Positions 39,860 through 50,100 of a stretch of 64,000 nt of DNA are shown here, piece after piece. Origin of the DNA: Candidatus Eiseniibacteriota bacterium (lineage in GTDB: Bacteria; Eisenbacteria; RBG-16-71-46; CAIMUX01; VGJL01). Numbering within the stretch: the stretch's first letter is position 1; each line of letters starts with the position of its first letter. The stretch spans positions 5,425 through 69,424 of the forward strand of contig JBHGAY010000004.1 of the NCBI GenBank assembly GCA_041946735.1. The letters are read 5' to 3'. Under the pieces are notes generated by a model. It was given only the letters and a program-made list of their open reading frames with translations. It did not search any database and was not told the DNA's origin. The position numbers were made by a program, and so were the translations under genes.

Positions 39860-40350
39860 CGCGTCCGCCGTCCCGCCGCGGCCACCTTGCCGCGCGCCTG
39901 CTGCGCCACTTTGCCGCCGGGCGCCTGCTCCGCCGCCTTGGCGCCGCGCGCCTGCGCGACCGCCTCGCCGAGCGTGCGCTTCCGGAGGGAATCGACCAGC
40001 GCGTCTCTCAGCTCGCTCCATTCCCAGTGAAGGATGCAGGCGCTCGTGTCGGAGCAGCGCGATTGCCCGAGCAGGCAGACCCGCTTCGTCCCGAACGTGT
40101 CGAATGCCTGGACGATCTGCAGCAGCGAAATGCGGCCGGCGGAGCGAGCGAGGCGAAAGCCTCCCGTCTTCCCCCGCTGGCTTTCCAGGATCCCTGCGGA
40201 GGCGAGCACGCGAAGGATCTTCGCCAGATATTGCGGAGGAAGATCGACGACGCGAGCGATCTCGCGGTTGAGGAACCAGTCTCTCTCCTCGCTCTCGGCC
40301 GCCATGTACGCGAGGGCGCGGATGGCGTATTGGGCGCTCGTGGAAATCAT
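39856..40350 (-). CDS. Rrf2-family transcriptional regulator (NsrR/IscR-like, three-Cys cluster site)
   Basis: ATG 40350. MISTSAQYAIRALAYMA... is a winged-helix N-terminus. CLLGQSRCSDTSAC has C-x6-C-x5-C spacing, as in Fe-S-binding Rrf2 regulators. Confidence 0.75.
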   Translation of the reverse strand: MISTSAQYAIRALAYMAAESEERDWFLNREIARVVDLPPQYLAKILRVLASAGILESQRGKTGGFRLARSAGRISLLQIVQAFDTFGTKRVCLLGQSRCSDTSACILHWEWSELRDALVDSLRKRTLGEAVAQARGAKAAEQAPGGKVAQQARGKVAAAGRRTR

Positions 40351-40429
40351 GAAGGGGATATTAGGACCCGTTAGTCCGAAATGCAAGAGGAGATCGAGTC
40401 GGACCCGGGGGCCCGGCGCCGATGCTCCC

Positions 40430-41062
40430 TCAAACAGTCTCGGTCAGATCTTCCCGGCGGTTCACGTTGCGGAGGGCGCTCGCGACCCGGATTCTCCCGA
40501 CGAAAGCGGCGGAGAGAAGGGTCGCGCCCACGCTCTCGATCACCCGGTGCATGGACGTTCCTTCGGGTGCCGAGGAGAACGCCCGTAGGACGGATCGGTG
40601 GTACAGGCCGGGGAACGGATGCAGTCGCCCGCCGGGCTCCCCATAGCAGACGACCGGCTCCGTCCGTCCTGCGGCTGGCCCGGTGCCACCGGCCCGGATC
40701 GACGCGAGAAGTGGGCGGAGCACTGCAGAGGTCACTCCGGGCATGTCGACGGCGAGGATGAGCGCCCAGTCGGACGATTCGCTTGCAGCATGGGTGAGCG
40801 CGACCCTCACCCCCTCCACGGGACCGAGGCCGGGACGCTCACCCGTCAGGACAGGGGCGCGATACCGCCGGAAAGGCGCCGGATCGGGAGCGACGATCCG
40901 CGGATGGATGTTCAACTCCCGCATCGCCCGAAGCGCGAGCGCGAGGAGACTCCTCCCCCGGTGCGTCGCCAGGGCCTTGTTCGATCCGAACCGCCGCGAC
41001 GCGCCACCGGCGAGAACGAAGCCGGAGACGCGCTCGTTCCCCTTCGTCCCGGCCCTCCTCAA
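40430..41062 (-). CDS. mobA: Molybdenum cofactor guanylyltransferase MobA
   Basis: ATG 41062 overlaps the PNGase stop (ATGA). GFVLAGGASRRFGSNKAL is the MobA signature. It is about 210 aa. Confidence 0.8.
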   Translation of the reverse strand: MRRAGTKGNERVSGFVLAGGASRRFGSNKALATHRGRSLLALALRAMRELNIHPRIVAPDPAPFRRYRAPVLTGERPGLGPVEGVRVALTHAASESSDWALILAVDMPGVTSAVLRPLLASIRAGGTGPAAGRTEPVVCYGEPGGRLHPFPGLYHRSVLRAFSSAPEGTSMHRVIESVGATLLSAAFVGRIRVASALRNVNRREDLTETV

Positions 41063-42444
41063 TGGAGGAACAACAGCTTCCCGCGGCCCGCCCCGTCGGT
41101 TCCGCGCACCTCGTAGAAGTACGCCCCGGCCGGAACGGCCCGGCCCGCGTCGTCCTTGCCGTCCCAGCGCACGCGATGCGATCCCGCCGCGTCATGCGAA
41201 CGTTCGATGCTGCGCACCTGACGCCCCGACGCGTCGTGGATCGTGATCGACACCACTCCGGCGTCCACCGCTCGATAGCGGATCCACGTGGCGCTGCGGA
41301 ACGGGTTCGGCGAGGCGAAAGAGAGCAGAAGCCCGCCCCCTCCCTCCGCGCTCTCGATCCCGGCCGGGGCAAGCTGCCGGTAGAGGATGAGCTGGGTCTG
41401 CAGTGACCAAATCGGCTCGGTGTGCCCCGTGTAGTTGTAGTTGCAGTCTGTGCAGGTCTGTCCCGACACGCAGTTGGGATTGTCGGGGCGGCAGTAGTTC
41501 TCGTACGGCATGATGCCGTAGTCGAGCACGGCGGTCTCCCCCGGAGTCACCGACTCGGTGATGTCGGCGTCCCACGGGTCGACCTTGTCGCCCGGACACC
41601 ACCCGGCGCGGTCGTACTGCCACGTCCCCCCCTGCGGGCTGCACAGGTTGCTCTCGCAGTCGGAGCGCCAGACATTGTGCCAGATCGAGTCGGCGTTCGC
41701 CTTGATCCAGTGGCGGCGATTGCAGAATTCGGCGCAGTTCAGCGTGTTCCCCTGGCCGTGACCGGTCGCGATCGCGCGGAACTTCACCGCGTCGGTTCCC
41801 TCCGGAATCGCAACTTCCATCGGACGCAGGTGGTTCTCGTGCGGATCGTTCGGATTGCCGTAGACGAGGTAGCCGTTCGTCCACAGGTTGCGCACCTCCA
41901 CGGGAACGAGCGACGGCGTTCCTTCGACGAACGCGAAGTCGATCGTGACGAGCCAGCCGCGCGTCCCTCCGATCCAGCTCTCGATGTAATTGACGAGCGT
42001 CACCTCGTCGTGCAGGAGCATCCGGTAGTCGGTGACGTCCAGAACCCAGGTGCACGTCCCTGGCCTCGGGCCTCCGGTAATGTCGTACGGGGTGACGATG
42101 CGGGCGATCTCGATGTCTCCCCCGGGGCGCTGGACGCGAAGCCATCCGAGCCGGTCCCAAGGATCACAGTCATCGGGCGTGGGCGGACAGCCGATCTGAT
42201 AGAAGAGGAGGACCTTGTCGCAAAGGAGCTCGAGTCCGGGAAGCGTAAAGGTCCGTACGTGCGGTTCGGCCCAGTTGTAGAAGTCCTGGTCGAAGGTCCG
42301 CACCCAGGTGGTGTCGCCCGGCGCAGCGGCGGCAGCGGAGAAGACGCCGGCGAACAGCAGCAGGGCGAGAGCGCCGGTGAACACGCGCGAAGCGGACGCA
42401 CCGGCAATCTTGATCGAGAACGAGTTGCAGGAGCTGTCCCTCAT
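41059..42444 (-). CDS. Peptide-N4-(N-acetyl-beta-glucosaminyl)asparagine amidase F (PNGase F) homologue with C-terminal FlgD-Ig/T9SS-like sorting domain
   Basis: ATG 42444 with GGAGG 5 nt upstream. Signal peptide. Collinear matches to Elizabethkingia PNGase F: CDPWDR, IARIVTPY, LDVTDY, ESWIGGTRGWLVTIDFAFVEGTP, CAEFCNRRHWIKANA, GTWQYDRAGWCPG. The tail is NPFRSATWIRY...VRWDGKDDAGRAVPAGAYFYEV. Confidence 0.8.
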   Translation of the reverse strand: MRDSSCNSFSIKIAGASASRVFTGALALLLFAGVFSAAAAAPGDTTWVRTFDQDFYNWAEPHVRTFTLPGLELLCDKVLLFYQIGCPPTPDDCDPWDRLGWLRVQRPGGDIEIARIVTPYDITGGPRPGTCTWVLDVTDYRMLLHDEVTLVNYIESWIGGTRGWLVTIDFAFVEGTPSLVPVEVRNLWTNGYLVYGNPNDPHENHLRPMEVAIPEGTDAVKFRAIATGHGQGNTLNCAEFCNRRHWIKANADSIWHNVWRSDCESNLCSPQGGTWQYDRAGWCPGDKVDPWDADITESVTPGETAVLDYGIMPYENYCRPDNPNCVSGQTCTDCNYNYTGHTEPIWSLQTQLILYRQLAPAGIESAEGGGGLLLSFASPNPFRSATWIRYRAVDAGVVSITIHDASGRQVRSIERSHDAAGSHRVRWDGKDDAGRAVPAGAYFYEVRGTDGAGRGKLLFLH

Positions 42445-42772
42445 CGGACCTCCGACCCATCCGGCCGTCCGGATGGGACTGTGGATGCTGCGCCGGGTGG
42501 GCTGCGCCGGTCGCCTGCCCAAGTCCGGCGGTGGACCGCGCTTTGCGCGAGTCTCGGGCGGATCGCGACGACCATGGGATGCGGCCGAATCGACCGTGGA
42601 GAAGACTAGCCGTTCCGCCATCGAGCCCGCAATATCACGGATCTTGACGGAACACGGAACACGGCCGCAGAGCCCTCGCACCGCAACTCTCCCGGCACAG
42701 GCGCGAAGAGCCTCCGCAGACTTTCATTGGCGCGCGTAGGCCCTCGATCATCGCCAATCGCCGAAGGAAGAA

Positions 42773-45700
42773 TCAGCGGATGCGAAGGACTCTCGCAGTC
42801 GCCGACTCGGAGCCGGCCCGCAGCCGCAATAGATAAAGGCCGGAGACGACGTCTACTCCGGCCGCGTTCTTCCCATCCCAATCGATCCGATTCCGACCGG
42901 ACGGCAAAGGTCCGTTGACAAGCGTGCGGACGAGCCGGCCGCCGACGTCGAACAGCTCCAGGATCACCGGGCGGCTCCCGGCGCCGGAGGGGATCTCGAG
43001 CGAGATTGTCGTCCTCTGCGAGAACGGCGCCGGCGAGAGCGAGACGATCTGCGCCGTGCGGACTACCTGCCCTTCGTCCTCCGGCGCGCCGCCGACCCCG
43101 CAGGAAACCGGCCAGGCGCCGATCAGACCACAGTCGGGATTCGCGTCCGGGGCGCACGGGGAATCTTCGTTCAGACCGAACGGCGCCGCCGGCTCCGACT
43201 CGCCGCAGTAGCGGGGATCCTCGGAGATGTTCCCGTACTGGCCGAGAAGCTGCCCCCACGTGCCCATCCAGTCCCCCCCCGCGTTCCCCCAGAAATCGCA
43301 GCACTCGATCGTCACATCGTCGCCCGCGAACATCGACCCGCCGCTGCTCCCGGTGATGATGTTGTTGCGGAGGACCATGGGCGAGTTCTCCCAGGCCGCG
43401 ATCGCGCCACCGGAGCCGCCGGAATTGCCGTGGAAGGTGCAGTTCTCGATGAGCAGATCCTGCCACGGGTCGGTCGTGCCGATCGCGCCTCCGCCGACGG
43501 TCGCCTCGTTGTCGAGGAACGTGCAGCCTTGAATCAGGATGTTTCCCCCGCCGGAATGTATGGCGATCGCGCCGGCCGCGTTGGAGACGTTGCGGAGGAA
43601 CGTGCATCGCGTGATCTCCACGTGCATGTTCTCCCCAGCGATCGCCCCGCCGCCGTCCGCCGCCTGGTTCTTCTGGAAGACGCAATCGAAGAGCTTCACG
43701 CCGTCGGTGTTCTGGAAGAAGATGGCGCCCCCCGCGCTCATCGCCCGGTTCTCGACGAAGCGGCAATTGCGGATCGTGGGATCGCTGCCGTTCAGGCAGC
43801 GGATCGCTCCCCCGTGTTGGGACGAAGGCGAGCCATCCAGCCAGGCATGGCCACCCTGGATCGTGATCCCCTCGATAACAGAGTCGTTTCCCTCCCCCGT
43901 GATGAAGTCGAATCCCCGATGCGGATGGGCTGGGGTGCCTTCGCAGTCGATCACGCAGGTCTCCGGGTTGCCCGAGGCCGAGCGAACCGTGATCGCCTTT
44001 CCCCGGAAGGAGACGTCGCGGTTGCCGGGCCCGCGATAGATGCCATCTTCGAGCTGCACGATCTCCCCCGGGAGCGCCCCGGATACTGCGGCGTCGATGG
44101 TCGGGTAGTCGCCGCTTCCGTCCGCCCGCACGACGAGAATCGACATGCACTCCACCGTGTGCGATCCGATCTGCCAGCAGTCGCCCACGTATTGCGGAGC
44201 GCAGGGAGAGTGGCTCTCGAGGCCGAGGTCGTAGCGGGCCGCATCGCAGAAGATCGGGTCGACGGAGCGATTGCCGTTCAGCTCACCCTGCCCGGCGATG
44301 CAGCCAACCCAGTCCCCACCGTTGTGATAGAGATCCGAACATAGGAGCGTGACTGTCGCGCCTGCCGCGCAGCCGATCGCATCCCCGCCGGTGTTCCAGG
44401 CCGCGATCGTCTTCGCAATCTCGTGCTCGCCCCCCTCGAAGTGGACCGCCGAGCCGTCGGGCGCCGAGTTACCGACCAGGGTGTTGCGGGCGAGTCGAGG
44501 CTGGCACAGCAGCCCGCAGTCGAGCGCGCCGCCTTGGTAGGCCGCCTGGTTCGCCGCAATGTCGCAGTCCTCCACGGTCGGAGATGCCTCGTTCGCGCAG
44601 GCGATTCCCCCTCCTGCCCCGGCCGCGCGATTCTCGAGCAGACGGCAGCGACGGACTAGGGGCGAAGCGCCTTCGCAGAGAACCGCGCCCCCGTCACTCT
44701 CCGCGTAACCGCCGCGGATCGTGACGGCCTCGAGGACCGTCCCGCTTCCCTCCCCTTCATGTATCCAGAAGCCGCGATGCGGCTCCGGCCCGCTGCCTCG
44801 GCAATCGATCGTGCAGGCGGCCGGATCGTCCGACTCCGAGCGAATCCGGATCCGCTTGCCGCGCAGCTCGATATCGTGGTTGCCGTCCCCGGAGAACGTC
44901 CCGTCGGCGAGGAGGATCACTGCGCCGTCGGCCGCTGCGTCGATCGCGGCCTGGATCGTCGGGTGGTCTCCGGATCCATCCGGCCGGACCGTGAGGACAT
45001 CCCACTCGCACCCGCGCCCGAACGCCCCGATCCGACCGCAGACGGGACTGTTCGTCGAGTCGCACGGGGAGATCTGGGAAACGCGATAGTCGTCCGCCTC
45101 CGGGTCACAGAAGAGTGGGTCGACGTGCAGGTTGTCGTTCGTGAGTTGCCGCCCGTCCAGGGCACCGATCCAGTCCCCATCGGAGTTGCCGAAGATGTCG
45201 GTGCATTCGATTCCCAACGAGGCGAATTGAGTCCACGTGATCGCCTTCCCGGCACCATTCGAAGCAAAGATGCAGCGCTCCACGCTGCTCGGATACGACC
45301 AAAGGGCCGCGAGCGCGGAGCCATCGCCGACTGCCGCCCGGTTGCCGACGAAGGTACAGCGAGTGACATCCATGTACCCTTCCTGACGAATCAGCACGGC
45401 GCCGCCCGGCTCCAGGTCGCAACTGTTCCGCAGGAATAGACAGTCTTCGAGCGTGAGGTGAGCGCCGCCGTCCGTGAAGGCCGCGCCGCCTCCCCAACCA
45501 GCGTGGTTCTCGCGAAACACGCAGCGCCTGACCGTCGCCCGCGTGAGGTTCGACAGGTAGATGGCGCCGGCGTATTCCTTCGCCCGGTTCCCTTCGAACA
45601 GGCAGCCCTCAATGACACCCTCGTAGTAGGTGGTCGGGCCGAACCAGTAGATCGCCCCTCCGTGTTGGACAGTGGTGTTGCGGAGGAACTGACAGCGGTA

Positions 45701-46210
45701 GAGAGTCGGTGTCGTGGACTGGTCCTGGTACCACGCTGCCACGCCGTCTCCGTCGCGGAAGATGCAGTCGCGGATCGTCGGCCGGGCGCCGCCGCCGCAG
45801 AAGATTGCCGACCCGTCCCCCGTCCCGTTCGCCACGGTCACCCCCTCGAGCTTCGCCATCGGAGATTCGTGGCTGAGGAAGTGAAATCCACGATGCGCTC
45901 CTGCGCAATCGACGACGCATGCTTCGGGATGGCCCGACCTCGACCGGATCGTGATCGACTTGCCGTGGTAGTTCGCGTCCCAGTTGCCGGGGCCGGTGAA
46001 CGTTCCGTCCGCGAGCTCGAGGACATCCCCGCCGCCGCAGCCGTCGATTCCTGCCTGGATCGTCGGGAAATCCCCGGTCCCATCGGGACGGATCTGATAG
46101 ACATCGCCCATTGCGGGCGAATGGATGAGGGGGACCGACACGAAGAGGACCAGAATCGTGAAGACTGCGCGCCTCGCGGAGGAGAGCAAGGGGAGCGGGG
46201 CGGCTTGCAT
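42773..46210 (-). CDS. Secreted protein of three tandem right-handed parallel beta-helix (pectin-lyase-like) modules plus C-terminal FlgD-Ig/T9SS-like sorting domain
   Basis: ATG 46210 with AGGAGG RBS. Signal peptide. Three modules of about 330 aa each start RPDGSGD[FHY]PTI[QD]AAI and end DPLFCD../DPIFCD... with Asn/Gly-rich beta-helix rungs. The tail is APFSQRTTISLEIP...IDWDGKNAAGVDVVSGLYLLRL. Other-frame ORFs in this span are Arg-rich artefacts. Confidence 0.65.
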   Translation of the reverse strand: MQAAPLPLLSSARRAVFTILVLFVSVPLIHSPAMGDVYQIRPDGTGDFPTIQAGIDGCGGGDVLELADGTFTGPGNWDANYHGKSITIRSRSGHPEACVVDCAGAHRGFHFLSHESPMAKLEGVTVANGTGDGSAIFCGGGARPTIRDCIFRDGDGVAAWYQDQSTTPTLYRCQFLRNTTVQHGGAIYWFGPTTYYEGVIEGCLFEGNRAKEYAGAIYLSNLTRATVRRCVFRENHAGWGGGAAFTDGGAHLTLEDCLFLRNSCDLEPGGAVLIRQEGYMDVTRCTFVGNRAAVGDGSALAALWSYPSSVERCIFASNGAGKAITWTQFASLGIECTDIFGNSDGDWIGALDGRQLTNDNLHVDPLFCDPEADDYRVSQISPCDSTNSPVCGRIGAFGRGCEWDVLTVRPDGSGDHPTIQAAIDAAADGAVILLADGTFSGDGNHDIELRGKRIRIRSESDDPAACTIDCRGSGPEPHRGFWIHEGEGSGTVLEAVTIRGGYAESDGGAVLCEGASPLVRRCRLLENRAAGAGGGIACANEASPTVEDCDIAANQAAYQGGALDCGLLCQPRLARNTLVGNSAPDGSAVHFEGGEHEIAKTIAAWNTGGDAIGCAAGATVTLLCSDLYHNGGDWVGCIAGQGELNGNRSVDPIFCDAARYDLGLESHSPCAPQYVGDCWQIGSHTVECMSILVVRADGSGDYPTIDAAVSGALPGEIVQLEDGIYRGPGNRDVSFRGKAITVRSASGNPETCVIDCEGTPAHPHRGFDFITGEGNDSVIEGITIQGGHAWLDGSPSSQHGGAIRCLNGSDPTIRNCRFVENRAMSAGGAIFFQNTDGVKLFDCVFQKNQAADGGGAIAGENMHVEITRCTFLRNVSNAAGAIAIHSGGGNILIQGCTFLDNEATVGGGAIGTTDPWQDLLIENCTFHGNSGGSGGAIAAWENSPMVLRNNIITGSSGGSMFAGDDVTIECCDFWGNAGGDWMGTWGQLLGQYGNISEDPRYCGESEPAAPFGLNEDSPCAPDANPDCGLIGAWPVSCGVGGAPEDEGQVVRTAQIVSLSPAPFSQRTTISLEIPSGAGSRPVILELFDVGGRLVRTLVNGPLPSGRNRIDWDGKNAAGVDVVSGLYLLRLRAGSESATARVLRIR

Positions 46211-46454
46211 GAGTGCCTCCTGGGTGGTAGCACGAAGATCGCTTCGAAAAGGGGCGTAACTAGTATAGTGCCCAGGCGCTCTTCGAACAACGTAACGCAT
46301 GCGCCACAACTCTTGACGTTACCCATCCGCCGGCCTGCTCTTGATCGCATCGCTTCGGTGCGGTAGCTTCGCGCGTTCGCCGCGCGGCGGCGGCGTTCCT
46401 TCCAAACGCCGGAATCCAAGCTTCGAGCGCACGCAAGCGCGTAGGAGGTCAGTG

Positions 46455-46916
46455 GTGATCGACGAACCGACGATTGTGGAGACGACCGAGCAGAACTGCG
46501 CCGTCATCCGGCTCACGATCCCGCGCGAGGAGATCCGCAATATGATGGGTCCGGCGATGGAGGAAGTGATCACCACCGTCGCCTTACAGAAGATCGGTCC
46601 GGCCGGCCCGCTTTTCTCGTATCACCTGCGCCTGGATCCTGCCGTCTTCGACTTCGAGGTGGGGGTTCCAGTATCGGCGCCGGTGAGCCCGACCGGCCGC
46701 GTTGTCGAAGGGAAGCTGCCGGCTGCGAGGGTGGTGCGGACCATCTACCGCGGGCCGTATGAAGGTCTTCCCGATGCATGGAAGGACTTCAACGGATGGA
46801 TCGGCAAGGCGGGACACAAGCCGGCCGGCGACCTGTGGGAACGCTACCTCGTCGGCCCGGATTCCAGCCAGGATCCGTCCCAGTGGCAGACGGAGCTGAG
46901 CCGCCGTCTCGCGTAG
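46455..46916 (+). CDS. GyrI-like small-molecule-binding domain protein
   Basis: GTG 46455, 6 nt after GGAGG. ...RTIYRGPYEGLPDAWKDFNGWIGKAGHKPAGDLWERYLVGPDSS is the GyrI-like C-terminal pattern. Confidence 0.55.
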   Translation: MIDEPTIVETTEQNCAVIRLTIPREEIRNMMGPAMEEVITTVALQKIGPAGPLFSYHLRLDPAVFDFEVGVPVSAPVSPTGRVVEGKLPAARVVRTIYRGPYEGLPDAWKDFNGWIGKAGHKPAGDLWERYLVGPDSSQDPSQWQTELSRRLA

Positions 46917-46974
46917 GGCAGCCTATCGAGAGACGGAAACGCGTCGGTCGAGGGGCGAAGGGGTAGAAGCAGAA

Positions 46975-47010
46975 GCGGCGGGCGGAACCTCTGCAGATTC
47001 CGCCCGCCGC
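46975..47010. terminator. Strong GC hairpin between convergent genes (bidirectional terminator candidate)
   Basis: 13-bp perfect stem GCGGCGGGCGGAA / TTCCGCCCGCCGC with a 10-nt loop. It is flanked by microsatellite-like tracts (CGCTCGT x4 and CGAACC/GCGAAG arrays) up to 47110. Confidence 0.5.
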
Positions 47011-47128
47011 TCGTCGCCCGTCGCTCGTCGCTCGTCGCTCGAGACCGAGCTGAACGCGACCGGACCGATGCGAACCGAGACGAACCGAAGCGAGCGAAGC
47101 GACCGAACCGGCCGGCCGGCGACGCCTG

Positions 47129-50100
47129 CTAGAGCGCCTCGGCCAGCTCCGGAACTCCTGCGCCCTGCAGCCCTTCGTCGACCGTCTCGATCGCCTCCGG
47201 CCGCTCGGTGACCGGCACGCGCACGCGGGCCACCAGCACGTAGATCGCGGGGACGACGAAGAGGGTGAACGCCGTTCCGATGATCATCCCGCTCACGAGC
47301 GTGATTCCGATCGAGTTCCGCGCGCCCGCGCCCGGACCGTGCGCGAAGACGAGCGGCAGGTGACCGAAGACCGTGGCCGCGGTCGTCATGAGGATCGGTC
47401 GCAAGCGGGTCCCCGCCGCTTCGATCACCGCATCGAGCTTGCCGAGTCCGGTTTCCTGGAGATGGTTCGCGAACTGGACGATCAGGATCCCGTTCTTCGC
47501 GATCAGCCCGACGAGCGTGATCAATCCGACCTGGCTGTAGATGTTCAAGGTCGTGAACCCCAGGAACGTGAAGAGCAGCGCGCCCGAGAGGGCGAGCGGC
47601 ACCGACCCGGCCAGGATCACGAACGGATCGCGGAAGCTTTCGAACTGCGCGGCGAGCACGAGATAGATCAGGATCGCCGAGAGAAGGAAGACCGCGAGAA
47701 ACCTGCCTCCCTCGGTGCGCAGCTGGCGCGACTCCCCCGCGTAGTCGATCGTGAATCCGGGAGGCAGGATCTGCTTCGCCTCCTCCTCCAGGAACGTCAG
47801 CGCCTTGTCCAGCGAGACCTGCGGCGGGACGACGCCCTGAATCCGCACGGCGTTCAGCTGCTGGAAGCGCTTCAGCTCGCGCGGCTCCGTGGTCGTCTTC
47901 AGGGTGGCGAAGGTCGAGAGCGGCACGAGCGCGCCCTTCGGTCCGCTGACGTAGATCTCCTCGAGCTGCTCGGGCGTGAGCCTCTCGCTCCGCTTCACCT
48001 GCGGGATCACCTTGTAGCTTCTTCCCTGGATGCTGAAGCGGTTCACGTAGTCCCCGCCGAGAAGCGTCGACAGGTCCTGCCCGGCCTGGCTCATGTCGAC
48101 TCCCTGCGACCGCACCTTGTCTCGATTGAACACGACCTCCGCCTGGGGCTGGTCGAACTTCAGATCCGCGTCGGCGAACATGAACAGGCCGCTCTGATAC
48201 GCCTTCTGGACGAGCTGGCCGGCGAATTCCAGCAGCTGTTCCGGTTCCGCGGTCGATGCGATCACGAAGTCGACGGGGAAGTCCCCGCCGCCCGGGAGCG
48301 ACGGCGGCACGATCGGGATCACGCGGATCCCGGGGATCTGCGACAGTGCGGCCGACGACTCCATCTGGAGCTGGGCCGTGCTCTTGTTGCGGTCGCTCCA
48401 CGGCTTCGTCACCATCCCGCCGAAGCCTCCGGTCGGGAACGTGATCTGGAAGGTGTTCTCCGTCTCGGGAAAGGACTTGTAGACGTCGTACACCTTCTTC
48501 GTGAACATCGTCGTCTGATCGATCGTCGCGTTCGGCGAAGCCTGGACGATCCCGAACACCACCGACTGATCCTCCGCCGGCGCCAGCTCCTTCTGCGAGA
48601 ACATGTAGAACGGGATCATCAGGAGGACGACGATCCCCCAGAGGACCAGAACGACCTGGCGGTAGGCGAGCGTGCCGGACAGAGCCCGGCGGTACCAGTC
48701 GCGTACCGCGTCGAAGTGACGGTTGATCATTCCGGCGAATCCGCGCTCCTCCTGGCCGCGCCGCAGCAGCTTCGAGCCCATCATGGGGGACAGCGTGAGC
48801 GCTACCACTCCGGAGACGAGCACCGCCCCCGACAATGCGAACGCGAACTCACGGAAGAGCGACCCGGTCAGACCGCCCTGGATGGCGACCGGCGTGTAAA
48901 CCGCCGCGAGGGTGATCGTCATCGCGATGATCGGACCGACGAGTTCCCGTGCGGCATCGATCGCCGCCTTGAACGGCCGCTTCCCGCTGCGTAAGTGCCG
49001 CTCGATGTTCTCGACCATGACGATCGCGTCGTCGACGACGAGACCCACCGAGAGGACGATCGCGAGCAGCGTCAGCAGGTTGATCGTGAAGCCCGCGACC
49101 GCCATCAGGAAGACCGATCCGACGAGCGAGATCGGAATCGCGATCGCCGGGATGATGAGGCCGCGCACCGAACCGAGGAAGAGGAAGATGATCACGACCA
49201 CGATCAGGAGGGTCTCGGTCAGCGTCTTCAACACCTCGTCGATGGCGTTCTCGATGTAGACGGTGGAGTCGTACGGAATGCCCGCCTTCATCCCGACCGG
49301 AAGCTGCTTCTGGATCTCCGGCATCGCGTCCCGCACCCGCTTGATCACGTCGAGCGAGTTGGCCGTAGGCAGGACCCAGAGGCCCATGAAGGTCGCCTTC
49401 TGGCCGTTGAAGCGGACCTCCTGCTCGTAGTCCTCGGCGCCGAGCGCCACGTCCGCGATGTCGCCGAGGCGAACGACGGCGCCGTCCTCCTGCTTGACGA
49501 TCAGTTGGCGGAACTCCTCGGGTGTCTGCAGATCGGTGTTCGCGACCATGTTCACTGAAACCATCGTCCCCTTCGTCCGTCCCAGGGCCGACAGATAGTT
49601 GTTGCGGGCGAGGGCGTCGCGCACCTGCGACGGGGAGATGCCGAGCGCCGCCATCTTCTCCGGCTTCAGCCAGATCCGCATGGCGAAGGTACGGTCGCCG
49701 AGGATGTCCGCGCGCTGCACTCCCTCGATCGCGGAGAGCTTCGGCTGCACGACACGGGTCAGGTAGTCCGTGATCTGGTTCTGGTCGAGGTCGTCGGACG
49801 CGAACCCGAGGTACATCGCCGCGAACTGGTTGTCGGCCGTCTCGAGCTCGATGACCGGCGCCTCCGCCTCGGGCGGCAGGTCGTTACGGACCTGCGCCAC
49901 CTTCGACTGGATCTGCGTGAGCGCCGCGTTGGTGTCGTAGTTCAGCCTCAGATGGACGGTGATCGTGCTCAGCCCCTGCGCGCTCGAGGACTCGAGATAG
50001 TCGATCCCATCGGCGCTCGCGATCACCCGCTCGAGCGGAGAGGTGATGAACCCGCGCACGAGGTCCGCGTTCGCCCCGATGTACGCGGTCGTCACCCGCA

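Noticed and set aside
42606-44150. 514-aa minus-strand ORF and several 100-300-aa ORFs inside the beta-helix gene
   Set aside because: They are alternative frames of the repeat-rich beta-helix gene. They are Arg-rich, and the real frame is the one with the RPDGSGD...DPLFCD modules.
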